From assembly GCF_009914755.1 (NCBI RefSeq), contig NC_060929.1: a stretch of DNA of 64,000 bases; one strand, written 5' to 3'. Origin of the DNA: the human T2T-CHM13v2.0 reference genome, Homo sapiens. A program made the position numbers and the translations under genes. The notes beneath the pieces are model-generated. The model worked only from the letters and a program-made list of their open reading frames with translations, was not told the DNA's origin and searched no databases. The number at the start of each line of letters is the position of its first letter. Within the stretch, counting starts at the first letter, position 1. This document shows positions 42,700 through 56,575 of the stretch, one piece after another.

Positions 42700-43412
42700 A
42701 GGTGGGGAAATACCAGACGCTTATAAAACCATCAGATCTCATGAGAACTCACTCACTACCATGAGAACAGCATGGGGGAACCATTCCCATGATTCAGTTA
42801 CCTCCCGCTGGGTCCCTCCCATGACAAGTGAGGATTATGGGAACTACAATTCAAGATGAGATTTGGGTGAGGATACAAAGCCTAACCGTATCATCCACCC
42901 TGGCCCCTAACCAAATCTCATGTCCTCACATTTCAAAACACAATAATGCCTTCCCAACAGTCCCCCAAAATCTTAACTCATTCCAGCATTACTCAAAAGT
43001 CCAAGTCCAAAGTCTCCTCTGAGACAAAGCAAGTCCCTTCCACTTAAGAGTCTTAAAGTTCCAAAATGATCTCCTTTGACTCCATGTTTTATATCCAGAT
43101 AATGCTAATGCAAAAGGTGGGCTACCATGATCTTGGGCAGCTCTACCCCTGTGGCCTTGCAGGGTACAGCCTCCGTCCCTGCTGCTTTTACAGGCTGGCA
43201 TTGAATACAGCTTTTCCAAGTGCACGTTGCAAGCTATCAGTGGATCTACCATTCTGCGATCTAGAGGATGGTGGCCCTCTTCTCACGGCTCCACTAGGCA
43301 GTGCCCCAGTGGGAATTCTCCGTGGGGGCTCCAACCCCACATTTCCCTTCTGCATGGCCCTAGCTGAGTTTCTTCATGGGGGCCCTGCCCTTACAGCAAA
43401 CATCTGCCTAAA
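42700..43412 (-). mobile_element. THE1D-like fragment: internal 3' end, PPT and the first ~190 bp of the LTR
   Basis: LTR boundary cgtatca at 42893; internal part homologous to 1-590; truncated at both ends. Confidence 0.9.
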
Positions 43413-44290
43413 TGATCCCAAGAAGTGCCAGCCCACGCTCTGGCCTTTTGTAAGTCAGAGTGCTTTGTTAAAGTGGCATCAATTGAATCTGTCCACGTAT
43501 ATTGAAGGTAGGCATTAACTGTCCAAACTTCCTTGTTCTGACACATTTCAAAACCTCTAATTCCATTATACATTTGATAAGCAAAAGCTTGGGAAGAATA
43601 ACAATTGTAAGTAAAGGTCCCTGCTGCTTGACATATGGTGTTCCATGTTGTTTGTCTTCAGGTGGAAACACGGAGTATTGAGGAGTACTGAGGAAATCCT
43701 TTCTTATAGAGGTGTAGGCCCCCTATCTTTGTACCAAACCCATCATCTAAATGTTTGGATTTCTGGGACTATTGTTGCATTTTCATGAAAGAGTTGGAAA
43801 CATTTAGGAAAATGAGGGGTTTCTGTTAATTGCATCTGGCTTATGAAACTATTTCTTGTAAATGTGCCAGAAGTACAAAGTGTACTCTCAAAGGTAAATG
43901 TTGTAATAGTAAAGTTTAGTTCTTTACTACATGTATAATTTGCGTTGTTCTGGAGGGAGTGTATATATATTGTTTGAGGGAGGTCCGCATTCCCAGTGGA
44001 GGGCTCCTTATAGATAGTATAAATGGAAGGGCTGAAACAAAAGGACTGAAGAAGCACTGTGGCTACCCTGGAGTTTTTGGTGCCTTCATGTAAGGGTGGT
44101 AGAGCTGACAAATTGGTTATGGGTTTAAATTTGTATAAGTATTGTGTGGACATTTCAGGAGATTCATGGCATATCCAACAATTACTGATTCTGAGCTTTT
44201 GCTCTAGCCAGAGATAGCTGGAATAGGTAATTTCCATTTCCTACCTTGCAATATTATTTAAAAAGCCAATATAAAAAAGCAATTCATAAT
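43413..44290 (-). pseudogene. env: Retroviral env SU remnant (gamma-type), longest ORF 43743-44237 (164 aa)
   Basis: SNCWICH CxxC motif, N-glycosylation sequons NLS/NYT/NFT/NAT, position between pol end and 3' LTR; no TM seen. Confidence 0.8.
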
Positions 44291-44794
44291 ATAAGCAGAG
44301 GTAAAAATTACTTACCTAAGAAGTTTACATATGCTTAGAACAAATACAAGTGCTATATAAGAACAGCTAGGAAGGGAAAAATACAGGAATAAGAGGTAAA
44401 ATAGGCTAATCACTTTGAAAGAAATGTGGCTAGAGCTGTTTCACTCTTGTGAAAATCACTAAATTCTAGAAGAGACATAACTACTTAGAAAAGTAGATAA
44501 TCCCATGGGCGTTCCAGGTGAAGGGGTCCTTGACAAAGTTGTTTTATGATAAGGAGCAAAACAAAAGCAAGAGCAGTAAAAATAGGCAACATTATGAGAA
44601 GAATATCAAAGAGCGTCTTATCTATGGGGAGGTACAACCCTAATTTTTAAATGGATGTTGGGAGGTCTGATTCCAAATGCAACTGACCTCTCCCAAAGGA
44701 TCAATAAGATTAGAAACCAGCAAAAATATGAAAATGGCTGCTATAGTCTATAGTAACTATGTAACAAAGTTACCAAAGGAAGCTGGTAGGCATT

Positions 44795-45130
44795 TACTTA
44801 TCTTGTGGCTGTCTTTTAAACAGGAATTTCAGGTCTTCCACAGGTTTACTGTTGCAGTGGCTGATGAGAGCCTCAAGTTCCAGGTCCAGAGCTTTAGGTA
44901 TTGTAGGCTTGAGCCTGGAAAGATGTATCTAAATATCTTATTTCCTGGTCTGTTTTTAGGCTGTTGGCTAGTTCTTGGTGTGCAGAGCCTTGAGTTTCAA
45001 ACCTCTGGATCAGCGTCAGTCTCTACCAGAGGGAGGCAGAGGTTCTGTCCTGGAACCATGGTTTCCATATAAGCTAGAGTACTTCCGTCTAGCAGAGGAC
45101 CTGAGCGTTTATGTATGACTAAAAGGCATG
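44795..45130 (-). pseudogene. pol: pol remnant (integrase C-terminus); most of pro-pol deleted
   Basis: Minus strand reads KPVEDLKFLFKRQPQDK*, like the EPLEDLRLLFK end of HERV-W/ERV9-type Pol. Confidence 0.65.
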
Positions 45131-45329
45131 AGTTAAACAAGAGGTTTTCCTAGTTATAGCTGAGGGGAAAATATTGAGTAAAAGACTTTCCTGAGATGTT
45201 CCTCATGGTGGTGCTAAAAGGAGGAGGGGAGGCCTGGATTGCAGAGGAGAAAAAAAATGCTGACTCCAGTATCCAGAAAAATGTCAACTTCCTCCCTTCA
45301 ACCTCTAGAATTACCAGGGGCTCCTGAAT

Positions 45330-46271
45330 GGTAATGAGAGTCTGAGCTATGGGAGCTGGGGAGTCGAGCCCCAGGACCCCTCAGTCCTGCTGGGCCGTTT
45401 CTAAGACTGGTTCTGCACCCGGTGACCTACAACTCCAGGAACAGTCTTCCTTCCAGTGGTCTCCATCACAGGCTGGACAGGGTCGGGGTAGCTTCCTCTT
45501 GCTACCTGGGCAATCCTCAAAGTGCCCTGATTTGCCGCACTTGTGTCAGTTAACAGGTGCCCCTCAGGAATCCTGGGTTTTACAGGCCTGAAGAATTGCC
45601 AATAGACCCTCTGCTCTTTCTTATGCTTTCTCTCTTTCTCTTGAGCCTCCTCCAGATCTTTATTGTAAAAACCAAGGTGGCCATCTCCGGGAGGTTTCCT
45701 AAAGTGCTATCTGGTTATATGGCTTGCTTTTGCAGCTTCCTCCTGATATCAGGAGCTGCCTGAGTAATAAACTTATTCTTCAGAATTAGTTGTTTCTCAA
45801 CTGAATCAGGAGATAGCGAGGTACACCTCACCAAGGCCTCTTCTTATCCTTTCTAGAAAGGCAAAGGTATTCTCATCTGGTCCTAATTCTAGTTCTTTGT
45901 AGGCCTTCCAATTTGTGCATCTCCTATGTTATCACTGGGGTCCCATTTAGGTCCTCAAGTGGTACTGCTGTCTTTCCAATTGGATAAGGCTCTTCCCACT
46001 CTGTGGCACTATGAGATACAAAGCTCATCTCCGAATTTCTTTGCTGTTTGCTGGGCTGCCTATTTCTCAGTAGTGGTCAGGGTTTGATTTAAGAGTAACC
46101 TATTATCCTTCCAGGAGAGCTCAAATACTTCTGTTAAATTCTGGAAGGCCTCTATACATGAATGAAGTTGGGGCTTTCTCAGAGAAAATTTTAGAATCTG
46201 AGGGTTAAAGGAGTCCCAGTGATCCAGGCTGCACTTGACGTGATTCCAGGCTGAAGATAGGTTGTTATTCA
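45330..46271 (-). pseudogene. gag: gag remnant (MA start, CA, NC with two zinc knuckles)
   Basis: KCSLDHWDSFNPQIL; IEAFQNLTEVFELSWKD..LLLNQTLT; KFITQAAPDIRRKLQKQA; *HKCGKSGHFEDCP and CPACDGDHWKEDC. Confidence 0.9.
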
Positions 46272-47794
46272 TCTGTAAAGAGAGAGGAGAGAAAAGGTGT
46301 CCCTTAGTCTCCCTCCCACTTTTGGGGTGACCTGAGATGGAGGGAGAGAGACAGAGAGAGAGAGAGAAAAGATGTCCCCTGTCTCCTCTTTCCCTCTCAG
46401 TATTCTCTGGATCCCGGAGCCTTTCATAGGTGCCATCCATGGATGCAAGTGTGACTTCAAATCACAGACCAGGAGGGTTGACAAGTAGGAACAGTCATAC
46501 TTACCTATGGTGTGTCCCCGCCCTCTGGTGTCAATGATCTTTGGGGTCCCTCAGATCTATTTCTTCTTTTGATTTTCCAAACTGGAGCTTGGAAAATACA
46601 TTCAAGTAATCTAATTTGGGCAAGGAACTCTAATGGAGGTGTTGGCCTTAAATCTTTTAGAGCATTCCTTGACTGATAGGTAATGAACAGAGCCAGATCA
46701 CAGAATTCGAGGAAATGGGAGTGATTAACCTCCAAACACAGCCCCGTCTTCCCATCCAGGAGTCCTTATACTCAGAGGCAGAACAGGTATCTTAGAAAAT
46801 GAAGGAGTTGGTTTGGCTCATTTCCTGCAATTGTAGTGAGGAATTAGGGCTCCCCTGGACATAGGGCTGATAAGGCTCCCCACAAAAACAAATCCTTATC
46901 TCTTCGGGCACTTTGATAAGGTTTGCAATGTTAGCCTGTAACTTCGTGTCCAAATCTTTTTCAGACAGAGATTCAAAAGAGAAATCTGGGGCTTTGAGGG
47001 GACCCCCAAAATAAGCCTCCTAAGAGGAGAAAAGTAATTTGCCTCATAGAAGGGCTATCCAAATTCGCTGGGCAGTGCTGAGCCCTCACAGGGAAAAAGA
47101 AACAGCTTAAATGGAGAGGATACTGACTTGGGGAGAAACCATCCCTGTGCAATGCCATTGGGTGCTATCATTAGGGGATAAAGAAGCCTTTGGATCTAGA
47201 TTTTGAAATCCCCATCTCCAGAAAATTACAAAGACAACAATTATTTGAGTTGCATTTCTGGTTACTAATGCATTTGCTGACTATACCCAACAAAATTATA
47301 TCTCAAGTTTGCAAAAACACCTGCAACACTGCATACAAAGAAGAAATAAGAGCCATGATAGCCACGAAAGAAAGAAAATGCGATAGAAGACCGGATATTC
47401 TCAGTAAACACTCTAACAGGCTGTTGGGTTCTGGGTCAATTCAAGGGCCTCTGGGTAACGCCAAGATGTAGGCTTAGCCAGATACCCTCATTTGCCCCAG
47501 GACCTCCTTCTGATCCCACAGCGATAACCAGACCTCTGTAAAGAGAAATTGGATTGGAACAGAGCCAATGTTCCCAACACCCAAGAGTGATGGGGTATTG
47601 ACAATGTCCTCCCCATCAAGCCTGTTCTCTGAGTCTTAAGTCTGGCAGCCATGTCATTTGTTCTTAACTTGCCAACAGAAGCCCAGTGTTTTATTTGATC
47701 TGCAGAAAAAAAATAAAAAATAGAACAAAATAAATAAATAAACTGAGAATGAGAAGCCTCAGAAATGAAAGTAAAAAGTTAGAGGTCTGTTCCT

Positions 47795-47803
47795 ACTCAC
47801 CTT
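47795..47803 (-). promoter_or_regulatory. Major splice donor AAG|GTGAGT
   Basis: Near-consensus donor 8 nt downstream of the PBS. Confidence 0.7.
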
Positions 47804-47808
47804 TCCTG

Positions 47809-47826
47809 ATTCCAGACAAGCCCCCA
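47809..47826 (-). promoter_or_regulatory. Primer-binding site, tRNA-Pro
   Basis: TGGGGGCTTGTCTGGAAT versus TGGGGGCTCGTCCGGGAT (15/18, two are CpG decays). Confidence 0.88.
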
Positions 47827-47829
47827 AAA

Positions 47830-48436
47830 TGTTGCAGTCTGCTTAATCTTTTGTTCAGCTAGGTTCAAGTTCTTCTTGTTCCATGACCAAGAAGAATAAG
47901 GCACATGGACACCGGAGAGTGAGTAGAATAGGATTTTTTAGAAAAGTAAAGCTCTCAGCAAAGAGAGGAGGCCTGAAAGCACGTTGCCCAAAATGGGGCT
48001 GAGTTCTGGGTATTTTCTGTGGCAAGAGCAAGAAAGTCCTCTCTGGGTTCTGCACAAAATGGGAGAGGTGAAATTCCCTCCTAAGGGTGTTGCAATGTGC
48101 ACATGCCTGGGGTTGACCAGATTGGCTCCATCTTGGTTATTACTCACAAGTGCCTTAGGGAAACTCAAGAGGGGGATAAAACGACAATGCTATTTTTTAT
48201 GTTAGTGACACTATAATCAGCCAGGTCAAGTTAAGGACATTTAGGTTAATTTATTGTACCTGCACCTAAGTTGGGGCAGTCTCTTCTGAGCAGACATCCT
48301 GGCGTAAGAGGAAATTCTTGAACACATTTCTTTCCATTAGCTACGGGGGCTGTGCAGATGTGGTCCCATGGGTATTTTTCCACTTCCAAGATCCTCCCTC
48401 TCTATCTGCCTAACCAGCCTCTACCTCTGTCTCTCA
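47830..48436 (-). mobile_element. 5' LTR of the provirus (LTR29/MER61/MER83-like)
   Basis: TGAGAGACAGAGG...GCAACA, CCAAT at 48121-48125, adjacent to the PBS. Confidence 0.88.
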
Positions 48437-49035
48437 CTTGTAGCTGGTGTTATTCATAACTAGATTGTCTTAAGATGCTCATTTTAACACCCAGGGTAAT
48501 CACTAAAAATAATAATAATGATAATGGTAACTCAAGAATATAGAAGTACCAACAAGATAATTCAAATGGTATGTAGAAAACATCTATTTAACTCCAGAGA
48601 AGGCAGTATGAAGAAATAGAAAAATGAAAACCGAAACATAAGACATATAAAAACTAAATAGAAAAAAGGCAAACATAAATCTTCTTTATTAGTAATAATA
48701 TAGAAGATAAATTGATCAAGCCGTTCAATTAAACAGAAATTGGAAGGTTTGATTAAAAAATAAAATATGATCTATCAACACGCTGTCTAAAAGAGGCATA
48801 TTTTACTCCAAAGACACAAATAATTTGAAAGTAAAAGAATGGGAAAAGGTATACCATGAAAACAGTAATCAAAAGAGAGCTGGGTGGCTATACTAACATT
48901 ATGTAAAATAGACTGTAAGAAGAAAATTATTAATAAAGAGAAAGAAGGTCATGTAATAATAATGGAGCTCATTCATCAGGAAGTTATAGCAATTATAAAC
49001 ATCTATGCACTTTACAATAAAGCCCAAAAGGACCT
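48437..49035 (+). mobile_element. Continuation of the old L1M (inter-ORF and ORF2 endonuclease)
   Basis: gaaagtaaaagaatgggaaaaggtataccatg...gggtggctatactaacat...aattataaacatctatgcac. Confidence 0.85.
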
Positions 49036-49679
49036 GGTTGTGTTATAATGGTGGCATATACAAATCACCTTTAATATATAATTCAGTTATGAGGCAGAAT
49101 CAGCTGTAGTATCATATGTAGTGTGATATATATATAAACCTTACTTTTTAATATTAATGTAGAATGAACTTAATTTGGACACTTCTGTATCAAAATAAAT
49201 AAAAATGAAAGACATTTAGCAATATTAAAATAACCTTGTTACATTAATTGAATATTTAATTCACAATAATCCAGTTGAATGCTAAATGAAAGAGAGCACC
49301 GCAAAAGATCACTTTACAAACGATACTTCAAGAGATTTGAAATAAAATGGAACAAATTAATGCCAGAGTATAAATCAGATTACTGAATGAGACAAAAGTT
49401 ATAGCATTAAAATAATGATATTATGCAGTCCTATCCAGAGATATGAAACTATGGTAGTTTTCTTAGTTCACATATCATCCAGTATATATAAGAGTTGCTG
49501 AGTAAAGAACTTTGCAATATGCAACTTTTTTATCCCATGACAAAATTTGCAAGTACAGCATTAGAAATCAAAAGGACAAACAAAGTGATAAAGTTCATTA
49601 CAGTGGCAAAAGTCCATGTTTTCTCCCTTATAACTTAATGAGAAAAGAGACAAAATAGTCATGAAGTAAGGCAAACTTT

Positions 49680-49880
49680 AAGGTCAGTTTGCTCTGTTTA
49701 AATTCAAGCATCAACACTTATCAGAGATGTGATCTTGAACTATTAATGTATGATGTAGTCCAGTTTTCTTACCTGTAGAAATAAGAAAATCATACAACGT
49801 ATCTCATAAGATGATTATAAAGGTTAATAAATGTGTTAATATATGCAAAATACTTAAACATGATTATTAATGGCCATTAA
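49680..49880 (+). mobile_element. MIR
   Basis: gtttaaattcaagc...gtgatcttgaac...cagttttcttacctgtagaaat...atctcataagatgattataaaggtt. Confidence 0.65.
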
Positions 49881-50676
49881 TAATGACCAATTTTCTAATC
49901 AATATGGAGGAAACAGAGCAGAGTGCCCATACCCAGATATTTAGCTTTCCTTTCTGATTACTCTGCCTCTGAAATATTTATTTCCGTCTTGATTTACTAC
50001 CAATAGGGCAATAGATGTACTTCTCAACACTGCTTAAATCAAAGAAATTATCATAATGAATACTTAAAAATACACTTTTTGGCATTGCTGAATGATATGC
50101 TCAGTCAGTCTTCTCTCTTGGTAACTGAAGCCACCCTTTAAACACAGGTATTGATTTTAAGAAAGTCCTTACGAAGTTCCTTCCACCTCTACCTACTATG
50201 AACTACCTTGCAATAATGCATTCTTTTTACTGAGAGTAACAACAAAAAAAAATGAAGAAAGAAGCAAATGCTGATGTCCTTGAAAGCATTAGAGAGCTAT
50301 CAAGGCAGCTAGTGATTGAGAAATCAAGGTTCCAGATAAAAGGTGACCCAAGATTTTTTATATTTCTTCTTAAAACCTAAGCAATGCAGACTGAGAAGCA
50401 CCTAAGATGAAACTAAATGCAATTTTAGTTGCACTCTCACACAGCTAGACAGAAAATAGAATTTAGAATAAACAAAATAAAGGCCTTGGGAACAGGAATA
50501 TGTCTCAGAAAAATACAGGTGGCTCTGTTAAGGAAGACCCTTAAGAATAAGAGTAAACTGAAAATAGTTCAGACTTTAAGGAGGTTGAAACCTTGTTTTC
50601 ACTCAGCTAAATTAAAGACTGGGCTAAAGTGACACGCTCCTACTCTAGTACCTGTCAGAACTTGAACAAAAATTCA

Positions 50677-52360
<1,684 letters not shown>

Positions 52361-52384
52361 CATTCTTTTTTTTTTTTTTTTAAT

Positions 52385-53203
52385 AACTTCCCATGTATTT
52401 ACCTTTACTTAGATCTTTATTTCCTCATATGGCTTCTAGTTACTGTCTGTGCCCTTTCATTTCAACATGCGGGACTTGCATGAGCATTTCTTGCAGGGCA
52501 GGTCTAGTTGTAACAACTCTGTAGGCTGTTGTAGCTGTCCCTATGCCAACGATCAGGCTGAGATGTAAACTTAAGGTCTTCTCAGGTCTTTTCTAAGCCT
52601 GTACCTTACCATTGGCATGTTCTATGATTTCATTTTCTAATTTCTTCCATATGTGCAATTGCTTTTGAATGTTCTAGTCTTTAATATCTGGATCCCGAGA
52701 AGGGAAAAACAGAAAAACATAGGAGGGGCTGGGGGACGCGCTGGCCCTTTAAATCTCCTGGAAATCGCTTCAGCTGGAGAGGAGCTTGCAACAATGTGGG
52801 GAGGAAAGAAAACAAAGGCCATCTGCTATATCTTTGTCTGCATCACTGTGATCAGAAGCAGCACTCAATAGTCCAACACAGACCCAAGATATTTGGAGAA
52901 CATGGTCGTTTTTGTTCACCCTGGTTTTCCCAAGCTGCATGCAACCTGCTCCTAGAACACGTGCATGGCAACAGAGCTGGGTGTGTGGAGTGGGAGCTGC
53001 TAAGTGGGTAGCTGCTTTCAGTGAAGAGCTGAAATTGACCACAATTAATCACAATTTATTGCCCAAGAATCCCCCTGGAAGTTGCAAGCCTTCAGTAAAT
53101 ACCAGAGTTCTGAAATAGTTATATTACACAGATTCTTCAAGTACAATTTTTGTCTAGATGGGGAACCAGATTCCCGATGATTCCTGCCCTGCCATCTTCC
53201 CAA
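52385..53203 (-). mobile_element. Old L1M (L1MC/MD): ORF1 3' end joined directly to the 5'UTR and 5' terminus
   Basis: gcatttcttgcagggcaggtctag (ORF1 end), then 5'UTR-type sequence ending gccatcttcc. Confidence 0.7.
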
Positions 53204-54299
53204 ACCTCTCTCACATTACTTTTAAGTGATATAACCATGTCACTGGAACAACTGGCCCAACATCCCCAAAATCTGACACTTCATACTTCACTGCTATGTA
53301 TATAAAATACAATCTATATTTTTACCTCTTTTTGATTAAGTTACCAGGACTGAGTATAGAGGCTTAGGATACTGCTGACCACTAGAAACTGAATTGATCT
53401 CTTAAACTCACATTAAGCAGCATTTAGAAGAATTGGTGGTCAGCAGCAAATAGGTTAAAATCAGACAGACAGAACAAGTGAGGAAAACAGAATACAGATA
53501 CCATGATTGGAATTAATATGGAATAATTCTATAATATATCATGTCCTGATACATTTAATGAATTTCTCCTTTCTATGACAGATAATTCTACTTTTTTTAA
53601 CTAAAAAAGTAAAAAAAGTAACCATTATAACCTTAAAGAATAAAGTATTTTTTTCCTGTCTGATCTATTTTATCTGCCTCACTTCTGTCTTGGACCTTTA
53701 CAATATTTTATTCTGTATCTATTTTCTCTGTTCCAGCATGAAGACAACAATCTCTGGGGACCTGAATGCCACAATGTGAATTTGATGCAGTTGCAAGATA
53801 AAAGAATTGACTTATCAGGGCTACTATTCTAGGGACACTTGTGTCAACTTAAATGAAAAAAATCTTGAAGAAATTTATTTGAAAAAAAATCTTGGTAAAC
53901 GTGAGAAATATATTACAGAAATGTAATGTACACATTTACCTTTGATGCAAAAGATATAAAGTGTTTTGTGACTTCTTTGCCTACCACTAACTTTAAGATG
54001 TAAAAAGAAAGAGACATAAACACAAACAACACAAAAACAAAGAACAGGTATGATATATTAAAAGGGTTAGAATACCATATAGGTGCACACACATATACAC
54101 ACAAATGAAGATGGCTACAGACCAGACTAGAGTAGAACAAAAGTTGATTATTATCAGCAAGAATTTATAGGTACAGAAATATAAATATATGAATCTATAT
54201 AGACATATGTATCATTTTAAATTGTAAAGAAAGATTTCTTCTATAAAATGTCCTTCCATTTTTGATACATATTTTTCAAAAATTAAAATCATTTTCCGA

Positions 54300-55350
54300 C
54301 ATAAGTAAATTTTTAAAGAATTTTCCAGAAAATTTAAGATTTCTAGTTTTCAAATAAAAAATTCAAGATAATGGAAATGTACAAGAAACCTTAGAGAAAA
54401 AAAAAATAAACCAGAGAACAGAAAAAACAAAATTGTCAATATTTTAAAATTAGTGTAGTGTAAACTAAAAAGAAATTTGCATCCATAAAACAAAGTCTGA
54501 CTGTTTAAAAAGGACCATTTAGACAAGGAGAAAGAGTGTGTAAATATATATGAGTAATAAACCTAGAAAATAATCACTAAATAGCAGAAGGGCATTTGGA
54601 AGAATTCTGAATAATCTAAGACAAAGACAAATAAAAGGCAAACAGAAAATAAAAGTTAAATAAATAAGGACCGTTTCAACAGTCCAAACTCACTTACTAT
54701 TTTAACTAGAGAATATAAATGGGGAAATATTGAAAAACAATAGCAGAAAATACTCATTAAACAAAGTTATATCCTCAACTAGAAAGCATCTATTTGCCAA
54801 GTAGTTTGAACTGAAAGAGGCCAAAATGCATACACTTGTGTGTGTGGGTGGTGGGTGAAATTTAAAGTATCAGAGATGGAATGAAAAACTGAAATGCTTC
54901 TAGAAAGAAAGGCATACTTACAAAGTAAAACAATAATCCGATTGCCATAAAGCTTTTCATATGTTCACATAATAGAAGAAATGAAGCAATGCCTTCAATT
55001 TTGTAAAAGAGAATAGTTAAACTTATAATTTTATACCCCATTCATATCACCAACCATGATATATGAATAACATATTTATGGAAAACAATAACTTATGATT
55101 TTTACCACCTGCATATGCTCTAAGGATTAAGTAATTAGAGAATATGCTAAAAAAATAGAAAAAAATAATATCTGAAAAAATGTCAAGGAAACAAGGGAAC
55201 TAGCCAAGGGTTCAGTTGAAGTTATTCAGGGATAATTACTATTCAATAAGGTTCAGAATCCATAGGTCCAAGTTACATGAGGGATTCAATTGTGTCCAAT
55301 GTCTAAGAAGAAATTAATGCGATTTCCTAAATAATGTTGTTAGGAAGTTG
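54300..55350 (+). mobile_element. HAL1/old L1 ORF1-like fragment
   Basis: catccataaaacaa...aaaaggaccatttagacaaggagaaagag; agaagaaatgaagcaatgccttcaa. Confidence 0.6.
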
Positions 55351-55654
55351 ACTGATTTTTATAAAAATGTATCAAAAAAGACATTGCCAATATAAGGTAG
55401 TAAATAAAATTAGTATTACACTTCTAACATTATAATGTGGTAAACTACAGTTTATTTTTCTCGTTTACTAGCCTATGGCTATTTTTGGGTAGTTAAATAT
55501 TCCTGAGTAGTGCTATCTGTACGTTTATAAGATTTATTTTCTACTCATTCCAAATCTTCCAATTTGGTATGGCATTCACATGTTCATAGTATTATAAATG
55601 TTGTCATTAATTATTAGGTTTTTAATTAATCTTTACCCATAAAACGCTGCCACT

Positions 55655-55783
55655 CAGGAGAGTGGCGTGAAACCAGGAGGTGGAGCTTGCAGTGAGCCCA
55701 GTGAACTGAGATCGCGCCACTGCACTCCAGCCTGGGCGACAGAGAGAGACTCCGTCTCAAAAATAAATAAATAAATAAATAAA
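55655..55783 (+). mobile_element. AluY 3' fragment (heavily 5'-truncated)
   Basis: tggcgtgaa..ggagcttgcagtgagc; (AAAT)n tail; TSD-like ataaa(ac/g)gctgcc. Confidence 0.92.
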
Positions 55784-56199
55784 GGCTGCCGTCACTATAG
55801 TTGAAAAATATAATTTGAAAGTATGAAGATTTAGCACCTTAAAGAAAATATTTAGAAATAAATGTAGTTCGGAAGATGAAGCAGCATCCTTGAAAGAGAG
55901 AAACATTCTTTATGGCTAAAAAGAAATAGGTATTTTAGAGCATTGCAAGGAGCCCTAAAGTTATCTGCTGGAATACTTTGAAAATAAATTCAATCAATAC
56001 CCTGAAAGTTGATCTATCAAGAAATAGTAATATAAGCCTATTATGCAGACCTACCAATGTGACTAATAGAATAAATAAATATAAAGCAGTTAGATGTCTT
56101 TACTTCTGAGGCATCACAGTTTAAAAATTCGTTGACCTGTAATTTGTGGCTATCACTAGGGAGTATAATGTGAAAGGTAACATTCTGTTTAAACGTGAT

Positions 56200-56575
56200 A
56201 AGCATGTGTTATTTTGAAATGGACTTGAAGCTCTTTGGTGGCAGCAAAGGATAGGACATTTTTAGTATTCTACTATTCTGTCTTCTTCTCTCAGTCTAAG
56301 CACATGAGCTGATTATATTTCCTGGTGTTGAATTAGGCCCAGACTTTTGATAAGCCCTGTATCAATCACAAATGCAGAAATGAACAAACAGAACACAAAT
56401 GCAGTGAGAGATGTGAAATTTGAAGCTGTTTGAAGTGCTAAATTACCACAAGGACTACGGCTGCATTGCAGATGTCCTGATGTTTTCAAAGCAGACCTTC
56501 CATAAGAAAAAAAGAAACTTTTATCATATTAAGTGGTTGAGATTTTGGTGACATTTATTATGTCAGCATTGCAGT
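56200..56575 (+). mobile_element. Old MLT1 LTR fragment
   Basis: aaactttttatcatattaagtggttgagattttggtgacatttattatgtcagca 3' signature. Confidence 0.45.

Larger units (their letters stand above)
42470..48436 (-). mobile_element. HUERS-P-like (tRNA-Pro-primed) ERV1 provirus, defective
   Basis: 5' LTR 47830-48436, Pro PBS, splice donor, gag/pol/env remnants, partial 3' LTR 42470-42699. Confidence 0.9.

Noticed and set aside
43066-45072. Plus-strand ORFs of 150 aa (43066) and 131 aa (44677)
   Set aside because: Antisense to THE1-int/env and pol remnants; no recognisable domain
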